Assembly (NCBI GenBank): GCA_040755695.1
Contig: JBFMAK010000001.1
Location: forward strand, 384,637 to 448,636
DNA length: 64,000 bases
Direction: 5' to 3'
From: Candidatus Iainarchaeum sp.
Lineage (GTDB): Archaea > Iainarchaeota > Iainarchaeia > Iainarchaeales > 1-14-0-10-31-34
The position numbers and the translations under genes are program-made. Of the stretch, positions 1-9,576 are shown one piece after another. Below the pieces are notes generated by a model. The model saw nothing but the letters and a program-made list of their open reading frames with translations, made no database searches and was not told the DNA's origin. Within the stretch, counting starts at the first letter, position 1, and every line of letters starts with the position of its first letter.

Positions 1-473
1 TTTGTAATTCCGTCTCTCAAACTCAAGCCTAATTTCTTTGCTGTCTCCTGAATGCCTTTCTGCTTTCCCTCGATTTCAAGGTAATAGCCTAAGAAAGGCA
101 GTTTGTCTAACTCAATTCTTGTTTCGCGGAAAACAAATGACTCTCTTATCTTCTCGTATCTGTGCTTTACCTTGAATCCCATTGCTTCAAGCAATGCTTT
201 CATTTCACTGAAATCCGAAACTTTGACTTCAATTTCTTTTCTCACCTTGAATTTCCTGCTGGCATTCCTTGAAGGAATTTTGAGTGTGAGCAGGTTGTAT
301 TCTCTTTTCCTCAGCCTTAAGAGAATTCCCCTTGCTTTTAGTGAATCTTTTTGGTCATCAAAAATAAACCCCTGCTCCAGCCTTTTTCCCACTCTCTTTG
401 CTCTAATCCCTTTCAGTTTCTTTCTCATTTTTGCAGGGCTTCCTACCTTGAATTTTATTTCTGTTTCAAGCAT
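1..473 (-). CDS. CYTH-domain protein (class IV adenylyl cyclase / triphosphate tunnel metalloenzyme-like), 3'-truncated by window edge
   Basis: Minus-strand ORF running off the window start. It begins MLETEIKFKV...GFKVKHRYEKIRESF...ETRIELDKLPFLGYYLEIEG, typical of a CYTH N-terminus with the EIKF motif. The listed + ORF 103..492 is its antisense shadow. Confidence 0.5.
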   Translation of the reverse strand, partial: MLETEIKFKVGSPAKMRKKLKGIRAKRVGKRLEQGFIFDDQKDSLKARGILLRLRKREYNLLTLKIPSRNASRKFKVRKEIEVKVSDFSEMKALLEAMGFKVKHRYEKIRESFVFRETRIELDKLPFLGYYLEIEGKQKGIQETAKKLGLSLRDGIT

Positions 474-536
474 TGCTATCCCAAAAAAATAATTGCAGTC
501 TTTATTTTAAACTGATGTCTTATTTTTGACCGTTCG

Positions 537-624
537 CGCTGGAGGCGGGATTTGAACCCGCGAGACCCACGACGGTCTTCTGGGTCTTAAGCCCAGCGTC
601 TTAAAGCGCTCGACCACTCCAGCA
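537..624 (-). tRNA. tRNA-Leu(TAA), class II with long variable arm, no intron
   Basis: The reverse complement folds as a cloverleaf. Acceptor is GCTGGAG/CTCCAGC. Anticodon stem is CTGGG/CCCAG with loop CTTAAGA. Variable arm is about 17 nt. T-arm is GCGGG-TTCAAAT-CCCGC. Confidence 0.7.
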
Positions 625-815
625 TTACGATAAGTTTAAATAAATTTTATCTTTATAATTTCTTACCACGACGGTCTATTGGGTTTTTAAGCAGGGTGAA
701 TTAATCCGCTCACCCTCTTTTTCTTTATCAGATTTTTTGTTTTGAACTAATTTTAAACTCTTTTGGAAGCATTTTGCCGGTGAAATAAAAAGCTTTTTCT
801 CTTAAAAAATATAAG

Positions 816-1691
816 ATGAAACTCAAGGAAGAGTGCTTTAATCTTTTAGGGCCTGAATTTGTTTTTTCTGGAGTGAATTTCCCTGAAGAGCAGGTTAAAG
901 TAATAATTTACGGTGCCCCACTGGATGCCACAACCTGCGCAAAGCCGGGGGCAAGATATGGACCTAATTCAATCAGGGAGGTTTCAGCAGATTTAGGATC
1001 TTTTGTTTTAAGCAGGAAAATTGACTACTTCGAGAAAACAAAAACACACGACTTGGGAAACATTAGAGTAGAGCATGGCGACGTGCAGGAGACAATTGAA
1101 AGAATAGAGAAAATGAATAAGGCGGTAACTGAAAGAGGGAAAGTGCCTTTCATGCTTGGAGGCGAACACTCAATTTCTTTCGGCGCAGTAAAAGCCTTTG
1201 CTGAAGAAAAGCCTTTGATTGTGGTGTTTGACTCCCATCCTGATTTAATGGAGGACAAGAGGCTTCATCACGGCAGCTGGCTGAGGAAGGCGCTGCAATT
1301 CATCCCGAAAGAGAACGTAATAATACTAGGAATTTTAGGCCCTGCAAAATCAGACTGGCAGTTCATCCAAAAAAATAAAATAAAGTTTTTCACTGCAAGG
1401 GAAGTCAAAAGCAATTTAGAGAAAACAAAAAAGGAATTGGGTTCTTTCACTCAAGGGAAAAAATTTTATTTGAGCCTTGACATTGATGTGCTTGAAGCAG
1501 GGCTTGTTCCTGGAACAGGCTGCCTTGAGCCCGGAGGCCTCTCTTATTTTGAGCTCCTTAAATTGATTGAATCCATTGAAGGAAAAGCTGTTGGAATGGA
1601 TTTAGTGGAAACTGCCCCTGACGCAGAACAGGTAACACAGAGGACAGCAGCAAAACTGTGCTATGAACTATTAGTGCAGGATTTCTTGTGA
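816..1691 (+). CDS. speB: agmatinase / arginase-family ureohydrolase
   Basis: Ureohydrolase Mn-binding motifs are present: GGEHSIS, DSHPD and SLDIDVLEAG...GTG..EPGG. Length 291 aa. Confidence 0.7.
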   Translation: MKLKEECFNLLGPEFVFSGVNFPEEQVKVIIYGAPLDATTCAKPGARYGPNSIREVSADLGSFVLSRKIDYFEKTKTHDLGNIRVEHGDVQETIERIEKMNKAVTERGKVPFMLGGEHSISFGAVKAFAEEKPLIVVFDSHPDLMEDKRLHHGSWLRKALQFIPKENVIILGILGPAKSDWQFIQKNKIKFFTAREVKSNLEKTKKELGSFTQGKKFYLSLDIDVLEAGLVPGTGCLEPGGLSYFELLKLIESIEGKAVGMDLVETAPDAEQVTQRTAAKLCYELLVQDFL

Positions 1692-1765
1692 ATTAATTTC
1701 GTTTTTTGTCGTTGAATTAAATTTTTAATTATTTGTTTTTCTCATCTTTTTAGAGAGTTGGTTGA

Positions 1766-2080
1766 ATGTCTTATTACTTTGAAGTTATTTCTGTTTTAGG
1801 GAAGAGAATTTATACAACTGAATTCTACTGGCAATTGATTTCTAGGTTCAAACACCCGATAATTAAAGATTATGAAGAAGAAGTGAAAGAAACTTTAAGA
1901 AATGCAGACGAAATAAGACAAAGTAAAACTGACAGCTCAGTGCACTTGTATTATAAAAAGTTCGGCAAGTATTTTTTATGTGTACTAATAAAGAATTTAA
2001 ATGATGAAGGATTCATTGTCACAGCTTATCTTTCAAACAATGTTAAAAAAGGAGAAATAATATGGAAAAAGAAATTTTAA
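1766..2080 (+). CDS. DUF4258-like small protein (putative toxin of a two-gene module)
   Basis: 104-aa ORF whose stop overlaps the start of the next small ORF. C-terminus ...GFIVTAYLSN resembles the DUF4258 family. Confidence 0.4.
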   Translation: MSYYFEVISVLGKRIYTTEFYWQLISRFKHPIIKDYEEEVKETLRNADEIRQSKTDSSVHLYYKKFGKYFLCVLIKNLNDEGFIVTAYLSNNVKKGEIIWKKKF

Positions 2081-2277
2081 TGGTACTAGACAGAAAGGGG
2101 AATACCTTGGATGTATGGTTTGGAAAACCAAGAAAAGCAATATGCGATGAAGTAACTGAAGGATTCTTGATTAAAAAAGACATGAAAACAAATGAAGTAA
2201 TCGGCTTTGAGAAAATGAATTTTGTTTTAAAAGGAAAAAAGCCAGAAATAAAACTATTGGTTAAATCAAAAAATTGA
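2062..2277 (+). CDS. DUF2283-like small protein (putative antitoxin partner)
   Basis: 71 aa, MEKEILMVLDRKGNTLDVWFGKP...VIGFE. Start overlaps the upstream gene by 19 nt, which is typical toxin-antitoxin architecture. Confidence 0.4.
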   Translation: MEKEILMVLDRKGNTLDVWFGKPRKAICDEVTEGFLIKKDMKTNEVIGFEKMNFVLKGKKPEIKLLVKSKN

Positions 2278-3636
2278 TTAAAGCCCTTCAACATCAAATC
2301 CTTCGATGCTTGTGCAAGGAGTAATTTCTCCGCGCAAATTCTTTCCTATCAATTCTTTTGCTTCTTCTTTGGGATAATTGCCTAAAAGCCATGCCAGTTT
2401 GATGAAGGCTGTTTCTGGAGTCATATCTTCCCCTGGAAGAACGCCTGCTGCGAGAAGATCCTTTCCATTGCTGTACACACTCATTTGAATTCTCCCGTAA
2501 ATTGTCTGCGATGCCATTACAACAACGCAGCCTTTGTTCACCAGCTTTTTTATTTCTTCAAGGATTTTTGAGTGCAGTTCAGTGCCCTCAGCCTTTGTTC
2601 CGATGGGGGCATGGCCTAATCCTGTTCCCTCAATGACAAGCCCTTTGTAGTTGTGTTTCTCATAGAATTCAAATTCTTCAGGGAACATGTTGGGGTGCAC
2701 TTTAATTAATCCAACCTTTTCTTCCATTGAATCCCTTAATTTTAACTGCCTTCCTTCCTCCTTTTTCGTGAAGTTCTTTTCAATAAATTCAATTTTTCGT
2801 GTATTATAATCAATTGAAGCTATTGGCTTTACGTTAATGGGCTTGAATGCGTCCCTCCTCGAAGAATGCATTTTTCTTGCCTTGCATCCATTCAAAATCA
2901 AACAGCTTTTGTTGTCAGGCTTTTCGTGCATGCAAATGCCTACACCTGCATAATCGCTTTGGGCAATGAATTCTGCTGCGCAAACCAAATTCATTGCTGC
3001 ATCAGAACTTCCACGGTCTGAACTTCTCTGTGCTCCAACAAGAATTATTGGAGCATTCAGGCCTTCAAGAATGAATGAAAGCGCAGCAGAAGTATAATGC
3101 AGGGTGTCAGTACCATGCCCTACTATTACCCCCTTTGCCCCATTCCTTAATTCTTCTTCTATTGCCCTTGCAATCTTCCTGTAATGAATAAAACGAATAT
3201 CTTCAGAGAAAAGATTTGAAATAAATTTTGATTCAATGTTCGCAATTCTTGCCAGTTCAGGCACTTGCTCTAATAATTGCTCTGGCTCAATTGAAGCGCT
3301 TACAGCTCCTGTTCTATAATCAATCCTTGAGGCAATAGTGCCTCCTGTGTGAAGTATTGCAATCTTCGGCAGCATTGCATTGAATTCAACTCTCTTCTCC
3401 TCTTTCTTTTCTTTCACTATCTCAATTCTTGCTTCACCTTTCTTTTCAATCCTTGTAATCCTCTCTGTCTTTATTCCAATGTTATAACCATTCTTTAATT
3501 TCAGCACGAGAATTTGAGGGTTGTTGGATTCCATTATTGTCCCGGAGAACTCTTCGTCCTGGGTGGACACTTCAACTTCATCCAGTTCCGAGACATTGAA
3601 CTTAGAGTACAATTCCTTCAAGTGCATTTCTTTCAC
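2278..3636 (-). CDS. gatD: Glu-tRNA(Gln) amidotransferase subunit D (L-asparaginase-like)
   Basis: Asparaginase-type motif ILHTGGTIAS, later GHGTDT...HYTSAALS. An N-terminal ~90-aa extra domain and 452-aa length are typical of archaeal GatD. Confidence 0.8.
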   Translation of the reverse strand: MKEMHLKELYSKFNVSELDEVEVSTQDEEFSGTIMESNNPQILVLKLKNGYNIGIKTERITRIEKKGEARIEIVKEKKEEKRVEFNAMLPKIAILHTGGTIASRIDYRTGAVSASIEPEQLLEQVPELARIANIESKFISNLFSEDIRFIHYRKIARAIEEELRNGAKGVIVGHGTDTLHYTSAALSFILEGLNAPIILVGAQRSSDRGSSDAAMNLVCAAEFIAQSDYAGVGICMHEKPDNKSCLILNGCKARKMHSSRRDAFKPINVKPIASIDYNTRKIEFIEKNFTKKEEGRQLKLRDSMEEKVGLIKVHPNMFPEEFEFYEKHNYKGLVIEGTGLGHAPIGTKAEGTELHSKILEEIKKLVNKGCVVVMASQTIYGRIQMSVYSNGKDLLAAGVLPGEDMTPETAFIKLAWLLGNYPKEEAKELIGKNLRGEITPCTSIEGFDVEGL

Positions 3637-3669
3637 TATATAAAAAACTTATGCAATTGTATAAAAAAC

Positions 3670-4395
3670 TTATACGCTTGAGAGTTCGAAAGAAATTCTC
3701 TCTTTGTCTTTGCCTTTTGAGTCCTTGCCTAAAATTTTAATGAAACCTATTTCAACAGTATTTTTCACGTGTGTTCCAGCGCAAGGGCATTTATCGTAAT
3801 CTTCAATTTCCACAACCCTGATGTCTTTCACGCTTTCAGGAAGCGAAGCAAAAAGCCTTCTTCTTTTTTCTTCCACCTCCTCTAAAACTTTCTCTCTTGT
3901 GCTCCAGTAAATCCTGATTTCCTTTTCTTGCCTTACTGCTTCATCAAATTTCTGCTTTAATTTTTCAAGCATTTCCTGCGAGAATTTGATTGGATGGAAG
4001 TCCATTCTCGAGACTTTCTCGTGAATCTGGTTGCCTGCAGTAGAAGCACCATAAAGGTCTAATATGATAGCTGAAAGCAAGTGCTGGGCTGAATGCATTC
4101 TCATCATTGAATGCCTTCTCTCCCAATCCAGAAATAATTTAACTTCAGCGCCTTTTTCTGGAAGCAAACCTTCAATGAAGTGCTTTATTCTTCCTGCCTC
4201 TTTTTTTGCTGCTTTCACTCTGGATTTAATTCTTTTGAATTCAATGGACCCTGAATCCGATTCCTGGCCTCCACCTTCTGGGTAGAAGATCGTTGCATCC
4301 AATTCAATCCATTTCTCTCCTGCATTCACTTCAATTACTTTTGCTTTTGCTTCTTTCAAATAAGAGTCTTCAAGGAACAATTGCTTTGTTGCCAT
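3670..4395 (-). CDS. alaX: alanyl-tRNA editing protein AlaX-M
   Basis: Zinc-binding editing-domain motifs HSAQHLL (HxxxH) and CPCAGTHV (CxxxH). Likely start is MATKQ at 4395; the listed ORF is extended upstream. Confidence 0.7.
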   Translation of the reverse strand: MATKQLFLEDSYLKEAKAKVIEVNAGEKWIELDATIFYPEGGGQESDSGSIEFKRIKSRVKAAKKEAGRIKHFIEGLLPEKGAEVKLFLDWERRHSMMRMHSAQHLLSAIILDLYGASTAGNQIHEKVSRMDFHPIKFSQEMLEKLKQKFDEAVRQEKEIRIYWSTREKVLEEVEEKRRRLFASLPESVKDIRVVEIEDYDKCPCAGTHVKNTVEIGFIKILGKDSKGKDKERISFELSSV

Positions 4396-4397
4396 GT

Positions 4398-4664
4398 TTA
4401 CCTTCTTTTCCTTTTTTTTCCTACGAGCCCGCGCGTCTCCCACACTAATAGTTTTCTCAGGATGTATCCAATGCCTAGAACGAAAATAAGGATGAGTGCT
4501 GCCTGCCAGTAATTGCCTGCCCTGAAGAAGTAGTCCCTGAATTCGCCCAAGTAATTGCCGAAAGCCACTGAAGCATATACAACCAGAAAGAATGCCATCA
4601 GAAAGAAAAGCAATTTAATTGCAAAATTCAATTCCTTTAATAGAACGCTGCTCATTTTTCTCAC
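4398..4664 (-). CDS. small hydrophobic membrane protein
   Basis: 88 aa with two hydrophobic helices and a basic C-terminus. Confidence 0.3.
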   Translation of the reverse strand: MRKMSSVLLKELNFAIKLLFFLMAFFLVVYASVAFGNYLGEFRDYFFRAGNYWQAALILIFVLGIGYILRKLLVWETRGLVGKKRKRR

Positions 4665-5005
4665 ACAATTCTTCTAAGCCTTAATTTGCGTTTTTTCGCT
4701 TTTGTGGAACCTTTTATATTTTTTGATCCGAGATGACCTTCCCATAGTGCCATGTCAGCCATATTAAAAGATTTTTTTGTAATTTCCCTTAATATTGTTT
4801 GATTTATTTTTAGTTGTTTTCCTTCGTTTCTGGCTGCACAGAAGTCATGGAAAAGCCACTTAAAAACTTGCTTTATTACCTTTTCTTTTTTTATAAGGCT
4901 TTTTTGAGTAAGTTCGTCGGCGTAACTTGTGATTTCTTTTAGATTAGGCTTTCCTAAACTATTAAGCCATATCTTGAATTCTTTTCTCATTTCTTTCGGG
5001 CTCAT
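4661..5005 (-). CDS. hypothetical protein
   Basis: 114-aa ORF overlapping neighbours by 4 nt at both ends, which suggests an operon arrangement. Confidence 0.3.
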   Translation of the reverse strand: MSPKEMRKEFKIWLNSLGKPNLKEITSYADELTQKSLIKKEKVIKQVFKWLFHDFCAARNEGKQLKINQTILREITKKSFNMADMALWEGHLGSKNIKGSTKAKKRKLRLRRIV

Positions 5006-5031
5006 TTTAATTCCTCTTCATATTTAATAAT

Positions 5032-6894
5032 TTAGAGTTCCTCCCTTATTTCTGTTGTTTGCACGTGCTTCTGTTGTTCGTACATTTTAATTATTTCTTT
5101 TTCTGTTGTGGCTTCCTCGGGCTTCCTGTCAACCCTAATCGAAATCATTCTCGGAAACCTCAAGGCGAAGCCTAATTCTTTTGTCTTGCCTGCAGTGTGA
5201 ACAGGGCTTTTAGTAATCTCGTCTGCTCTCACTTCAATGACATACTTTGGTTCAACCCAGAAGTCTGGCTCCAGTTCAGAATTAACTCTCGCAGGCTTGT
5301 GCGAAGCCTTTATTTTGCTCAGTATTTTCTCTAATTCAATCATTTTTTCTTCTGTCATTCCTGTTCCAATCTTTGCAATGCTCTTGAACTCGTCTTTTTT
5401 GTCATCGTACACTGCAGTGAGCAATGCGCCTAGGCCGAATTGGGTTCTCTTTCCTCTTCCCTTGTAGTATCCAATAATTACTGCGTCCACTGTGTCGCTT
5501 AATTCCCCTTTATAGGAACGCTTTAGTTTAATCCAGGCGAATTTTCTTGCTCCAGCAATGTATTTTGCGTTCAGGTCTTTTGCTATGATGCCTTCAAGGC
5601 CTCTCTGCACGCATTCCTCGAAAAAGGCATTGATTTTTTTTGGGTCGTCTGTTACAATTGATTCTGTAAGCTCTATTGTTTCGCCTTTCTTTATTATTTC
5701 TTCCAACAGCTTTCTTCTTTCTTTGAATGGCTCGTTCATGAAATTCTTTCCGTTAAGCATCATTACATCGAACACGAAAAGTTTTAATGGGAACTCCTTT
5801 GCCTTCTCCCCTATCTCGTATTTTCTTTTCCTTTGGATTGTCACCTGGAACGGAAAGAATTCTCCTGTCTCCTCGTTTACTGCAAGGGCTTCACCTTCTA
5901 TTACTGCGGCCTCTGCCTTCAACTGCTTTTTCACTCCTTCAACTATTTCAGGGAACATTTCTGTCATGTTCTCCTGCTGCCTTGAAAAAATAATTATTTT
6001 GTCTTTGTTTTTGTGCACAGCCAACCTAAATCCATCGTATTTTGCTTCTACAGCACATTTCCCTATTTTCTCCAAGATCTCTTCTGCTGAAGGCAGCCTT
6101 TCTGCTAAGGTCGGCCTTATTGGAATTCCAGGCTCAATTGAAATCTTCTCCAATCCACCTAACCCCTTTTCTTTTAGAATGCGTGCTATTTCGCCTAAAT
6201 CAGAATAAATATTGTATTTCTCTTCTATCCTTTCTCTTAAGGCAACCTTTATTCTCCTGTTCAATTCTTCATTCCATTCCTTTTCCTTTATTTTTTTGTC
6301 TTTCATTTGGGCTTCAATCCTTTTCACTAATTCCTTTTCCTTTTTTCCTTCCTCCACCAAGCTCAAGGCAAAGGAATCCATTATTGTTGGATCGCCAATC
6401 CCAAGCCTTAAATTTTCCAAGGGAATTCGCGCAATGAATTTTGCTTCCAGTGGAAGAGCAGAATTCAATAGTTCTGCCATAAGCTTCAATTTGAGTTCCT
6501 GACTTCCTGGGCCTTCTGCTTTAGCAATTTTCAATAAATTATCAAAAACTTTTTTCACGCTCAATTTCTCTTGAAATAAAGAAGACTGCTTTTTCTTTGC
6601 AACAAGGGCTTCTGCCACAAGGCCCAGATCGCCTTTCTCTTTGAACTGCTTTTCTATTTCATGCCTTGTGTAGCCTGAAGCCTTTGCAAGGGCATCCATC
6701 AACAGTTTTTCTCCTAAACCTGCCTCAACCTTTGCATAATTAGGCCCAAGCTGGCCTTGAGAAAGATAGACAACATTCTTTATGTTCTCCGAGTCAGTTT
6801 TACTGAATAATTCTGCAAGCAGGTCAGTCATCTTCAAGCGCTCTGAAGCCCTTTCAATCTTGTCAAAGTATTCAGCCAGCAATTCAAAATGCAT
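5032..6894 (-). CDS. lig: ATP-dependent DNA ligase
   Basis: Adenylation motif I KYDGFR is present. 620 aa. Domain order matches archaeal/eukaryotic ATP-dependent ligases. Confidence 0.9.
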   Translation of the reverse strand: MHFELLAEYFDKIERASERLKMTDLLAELFSKTDSENIKNVVYLSQGQLGPNYAKVEAGLGEKLLMDALAKASGYTRHEIEKQFKEKGDLGLVAEALVAKKKQSSLFQEKLSVKKVFDNLLKIAKAEGPGSQELKLKLMAELLNSALPLEAKFIARIPLENLRLGIGDPTIMDSFALSLVEEGKKEKELVKRIEAQMKDKKIKEKEWNEELNRRIKVALRERIEEKYNIYSDLGEIARILKEKGLGGLEKISIEPGIPIRPTLAERLPSAEEILEKIGKCAVEAKYDGFRLAVHKNKDKIIIFSRQQENMTEMFPEIVEGVKKQLKAEAAVIEGEALAVNEETGEFFPFQVTIQRKRKYEIGEKAKEFPLKLFVFDVMMLNGKNFMNEPFKERRKLLEEIIKKGETIELTESIVTDDPKKINAFFEECVQRGLEGIIAKDLNAKYIAGARKFAWIKLKRSYKGELSDTVDAVIIGYYKGRGKRTQFGLGALLTAVYDDKKDEFKSIAKIGTGMTEEKMIELEKILSKIKASHKPARVNSELEPDFWVEPKYVIEVRADEITKSPVHTAGKTKELGFALRFPRMISIRVDRKPEEATTEKEIIKMYEQQKHVQTTEIREEL

Positions 6895-6961
6895 AATAAA
6901 ATTACGCTTCTCTGATTTAAAACAGTTAGCTTTAAATTAAAGAAAAACCCTATTCTAATTT

Positions 6962-7684
6962 ATGGCGAAAATAATTCTGGTCGTGAATGTTCATCCATCC
7001 GAAACAGCATTCACAGTGCCTTTGGCTACTTACTTAAAATCAAATCTAAAAAGAAGAGGGCACGAAGTAGAAATTATTGGGGTGCCGCCAAAAAAGACTA
7101 TTTTGTATCAAGTGCAGGAAGCCGCAAAAGCAGGAACTAAAATTCCTTATCATTCCATGTTTGAACCTTCAGATGAATTTATTGTGAAGTTAGCGTCACA
7201 AAATCCTAAGTCATATATTTTTGACATTCATTGTGGCCCTCATTATTATTTAAACAGAAATAACAAAAAAATCAAAAGAGTATCAGCTGGCCTTTTAGAT
7301 CCTAATAGTCCTGGTTATCCTCCTTTAAATAGGGACAAAAAAAATATTGAAATAACCCCTTACAGCTTTTATCCTCCAAATTATTTTTGTGTTGAGGCTA
7401 TCGCCGTATTTAAAGAAGCTCCAGAAAAACTAAAAGCATTATTAAAAAGCATTAAGTGTCAGGGTTTGATATTTAAAGACCCCGAACTTTGGTTTGGAAA
7501 AATTGTAGACTTGAAAACTACCAGAAAAGCAGGCTATTTGTCTGACACAATTGTCAGAAAAGTTGCACACCAAATAGACAGTTTAGTTCAGACAAGAGAA
7601 GGAAGATACAGGAAAATTAATCTGAGATTAAGAAGACTGCGCGATAAAAGAAAAATTAAGCGCCAGAAAAAATTCAGAATTTAA
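6962..7684 (+). CDS. hypothetical protein, possible zinc hydrolase (AstE/AspA/M14-like HxxE...H)
   Basis: Motifs NVHPSE (HxxE) and DIHCGPH. Highly basic C-terminus. Confidence 0.3.
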   Translation: MAKIILVVNVHPSETAFTVPLATYLKSNLKRRGHEVEIIGVPPKKTILYQVQEAAKAGTKIPYHSMFEPSDEFIVKLASQNPKSYIFDIHCGPHYYLNRNNKKIKRVSAGLLDPNSPGYPPLNRDKKNIEITPYSFYPPNYFCVEAIAVFKEAPEKLKALLKSIKCQGLIFKDPELWFGKIVDLKTTRKAGYLSDTIVRKVAHQIDSLVQTREGRYRKINLRLRRLRDKRKIKRQKKFRI

Positions 7685-8899
7685 TTGTCTTTAAGAAGCC
7701 ATTTCCACGCAGGCTTTACTGTTATTTTTTTGTTTTCTATTCTTAATTCATCTTCTTGGTCGTATGCCAGTATTAAGCCCTCCTTTAACTTGAATTTTTC
7801 CATTGCTTCCATTATTCCATTAATCTCTCTTTCTTTGTTGTCTTCATCAACTTTAAAGCACACCTGAATTGCCTTTGTAATTTTTTCTTTTTCTTTTACA
7901 AGGAAATTGCATTCGTTTTTTTCCTTAAAATAAAAAATATCATTATATTTTTTTCTTAATTGAATAAAAACCAAATTTTCAAGCATTCTTCCATTGTCTG
8001 CCGAGAAAGAAGCTGAATTAACAGTGGATAATCCATTGTCTATGGAGTAAACTTTTTTTGCACTGACTAATTGTTTTTTAAGTGAGTAATCAAATCTTGG
8101 AACTGTAAATAAAAGATAGCTGTCTTCAAAATAGGAAATAAATGAGATGGCAGTGTTTACTGAACCTAAGTTAAAGGTCTTTTTTAGGCTGTTGTAAGAA
8201 AATTCTTTGCCGACATTTGTAAGCAGGTATATAGCCATTTCCTTTACTGTTTTTAGGTTCTTTAATTTATATCTTACCATAATGTCTCTTGCAATTATAT
8301 CATTCAATAATTCTTGCAATATTTCAGATTTGTCGTATTTGAGATATTCAGGAAAGCCTCCTTTAATGAGATAACCTTCAAAAGAACTTAAATCAGCTTT
8401 TTTGCCAGTAAACGTCAAGAATTCCTTAAAAGAAAATGGAAAAAGTTCACAACGCAAATGTCTCCCGGTAAGTCTTGTTCCCAATTCTTTGCTAAGAAGA
8501 GATGCATTAGAACCAGTAATGACAACATATTTTTTTTTTATCTAGAATTGCCCTTACAAAAAGCTCCCATTTACCAACATTTTGAATCTCATCAAAAAAA
8601 TAATAATTACTTTTGCCGAATTCTTCCACAAAAACTTCATTAAGTTTTTGAAAATCTCTTACATCAAAATCAACAGTTCTAGGATCCTCAAAATTAAAAT
8701 AATATGACTTCTTTATTTTTTTCATTAACTGCCTTAATAAAGTGCTTTTCCCGCATCTTCTGGCCCCAGACATGACTAACGCAAAGGAGGCCCTTAAATC
8801 TATTTGTTTGAGTTTTTCTCGTTCTATTCCATAATCACTTTTCAAAATCTCGGTATTCTGTGTTTTAACTATGCTTCTTAAGGTTTCTTTCAACATCAT
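7681..8899 (-). pseudogene. AAA ATPase (AAA_14 + DUF4143 family) disrupted by homopolymer frameshift
   Basis: The N-terminal ORF (8507..8899) carries Walker A GARRCGKST and ..DEIQ. The C-terminal ORF (7681..8484) continues the family (GTRLTGR...ELFPFSFKEF). Frames differ at an A10 tract (T run 8530..8539). Removing one A gives ...DKKKYVVITGSNASLLSKELGTRLTG, matching the intact paralog at 53724..55025. Confidence 0.6.
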
Positions 8900-9320
8900 A
8901 ATAATATATGTTCAATATCAGTATATAAATCTTTTCATTACTAATGAAAACTTATGTTCATTTTAAATGAACAACTTTGCCGCACGTAAAAAATTAGCTT
9001 TTTTGCCTTTTACAAACAGTTATGTTATTCCCAACAATTACTTTAAAATGGGTTCGCATTAAATAATTCTATTGATTTAAAATGCAAAGTGAGCTACTTC
9101 CACTGCCAAAAACATGCTAATTCTCTTAATCCAAGCCTTTTCTCTTTTAAAAAAAGAGAAAAGTCTACGGTCTATCCAAAAGAGAAAAATAAATTTGTAA
9201 TTAATAATTCAATTATCAATAAAAACAATTGCAACGAATTAATTCTTACTTCAAAAGCGAAGCAAGTACTACCAAGCAAAGCGCAGGTAGTACACCGGCG
9301 TCAACTGACTGAACGGTTGA

Positions 9321-9502
9321 GGGGTTGTAGTCTAGCCTGGTCAGGACTCTGGCTTTGGGACGGACCCTTTTCTTTTTTAGAAAAAAAGAAAAGTGTTACG
9401 TTATCCCAAAAGAAAAAAGGGGTTAGTTACCCCAAAAAAGAAAGGGATTGTTTTTTGTCCGCAAGAAAGCCAGTAACGGGGGTTCAAATCCTCCCAACCC
9501 CA
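9321..9502 (+). tRNA. tRNA-Pro(TGG) with 108-nt intron at canonical 37/38 position (intron 9360..9467)
   Basis: Acceptor GGGGTTG/CAACCCC+A. D-arm GTCT-AGCCTGGTCA-GGAC. Anticodon stem CTGGC...GCCAG. Loop TT-TGG-G|intron|A. T-arm GGGGG-TTCAAAT-CCTCC. Intron ends are complementary (CGGAC/GTCCG), consistent with a BHB splice motif. Confidence 0.65.
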
Positions 9503-9576
9503 CTCGAACCATTAAATGGTTCAATATTACAGCAATTCAATAATGCACGTAGTGCCAGCTGCCAATAGCAGCTGTA

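Noticed and set aside
103-492. 129-aa + strand ORF
   Set aside because: Low-complexity antisense shadow of the minus-strand CYTH gene. The same reasoning applies to 5558..6208, 6042..6502, 11945..12682, 48382..48957, 49153..49815 and 50841..51371, which lie opposite well-supported genes.
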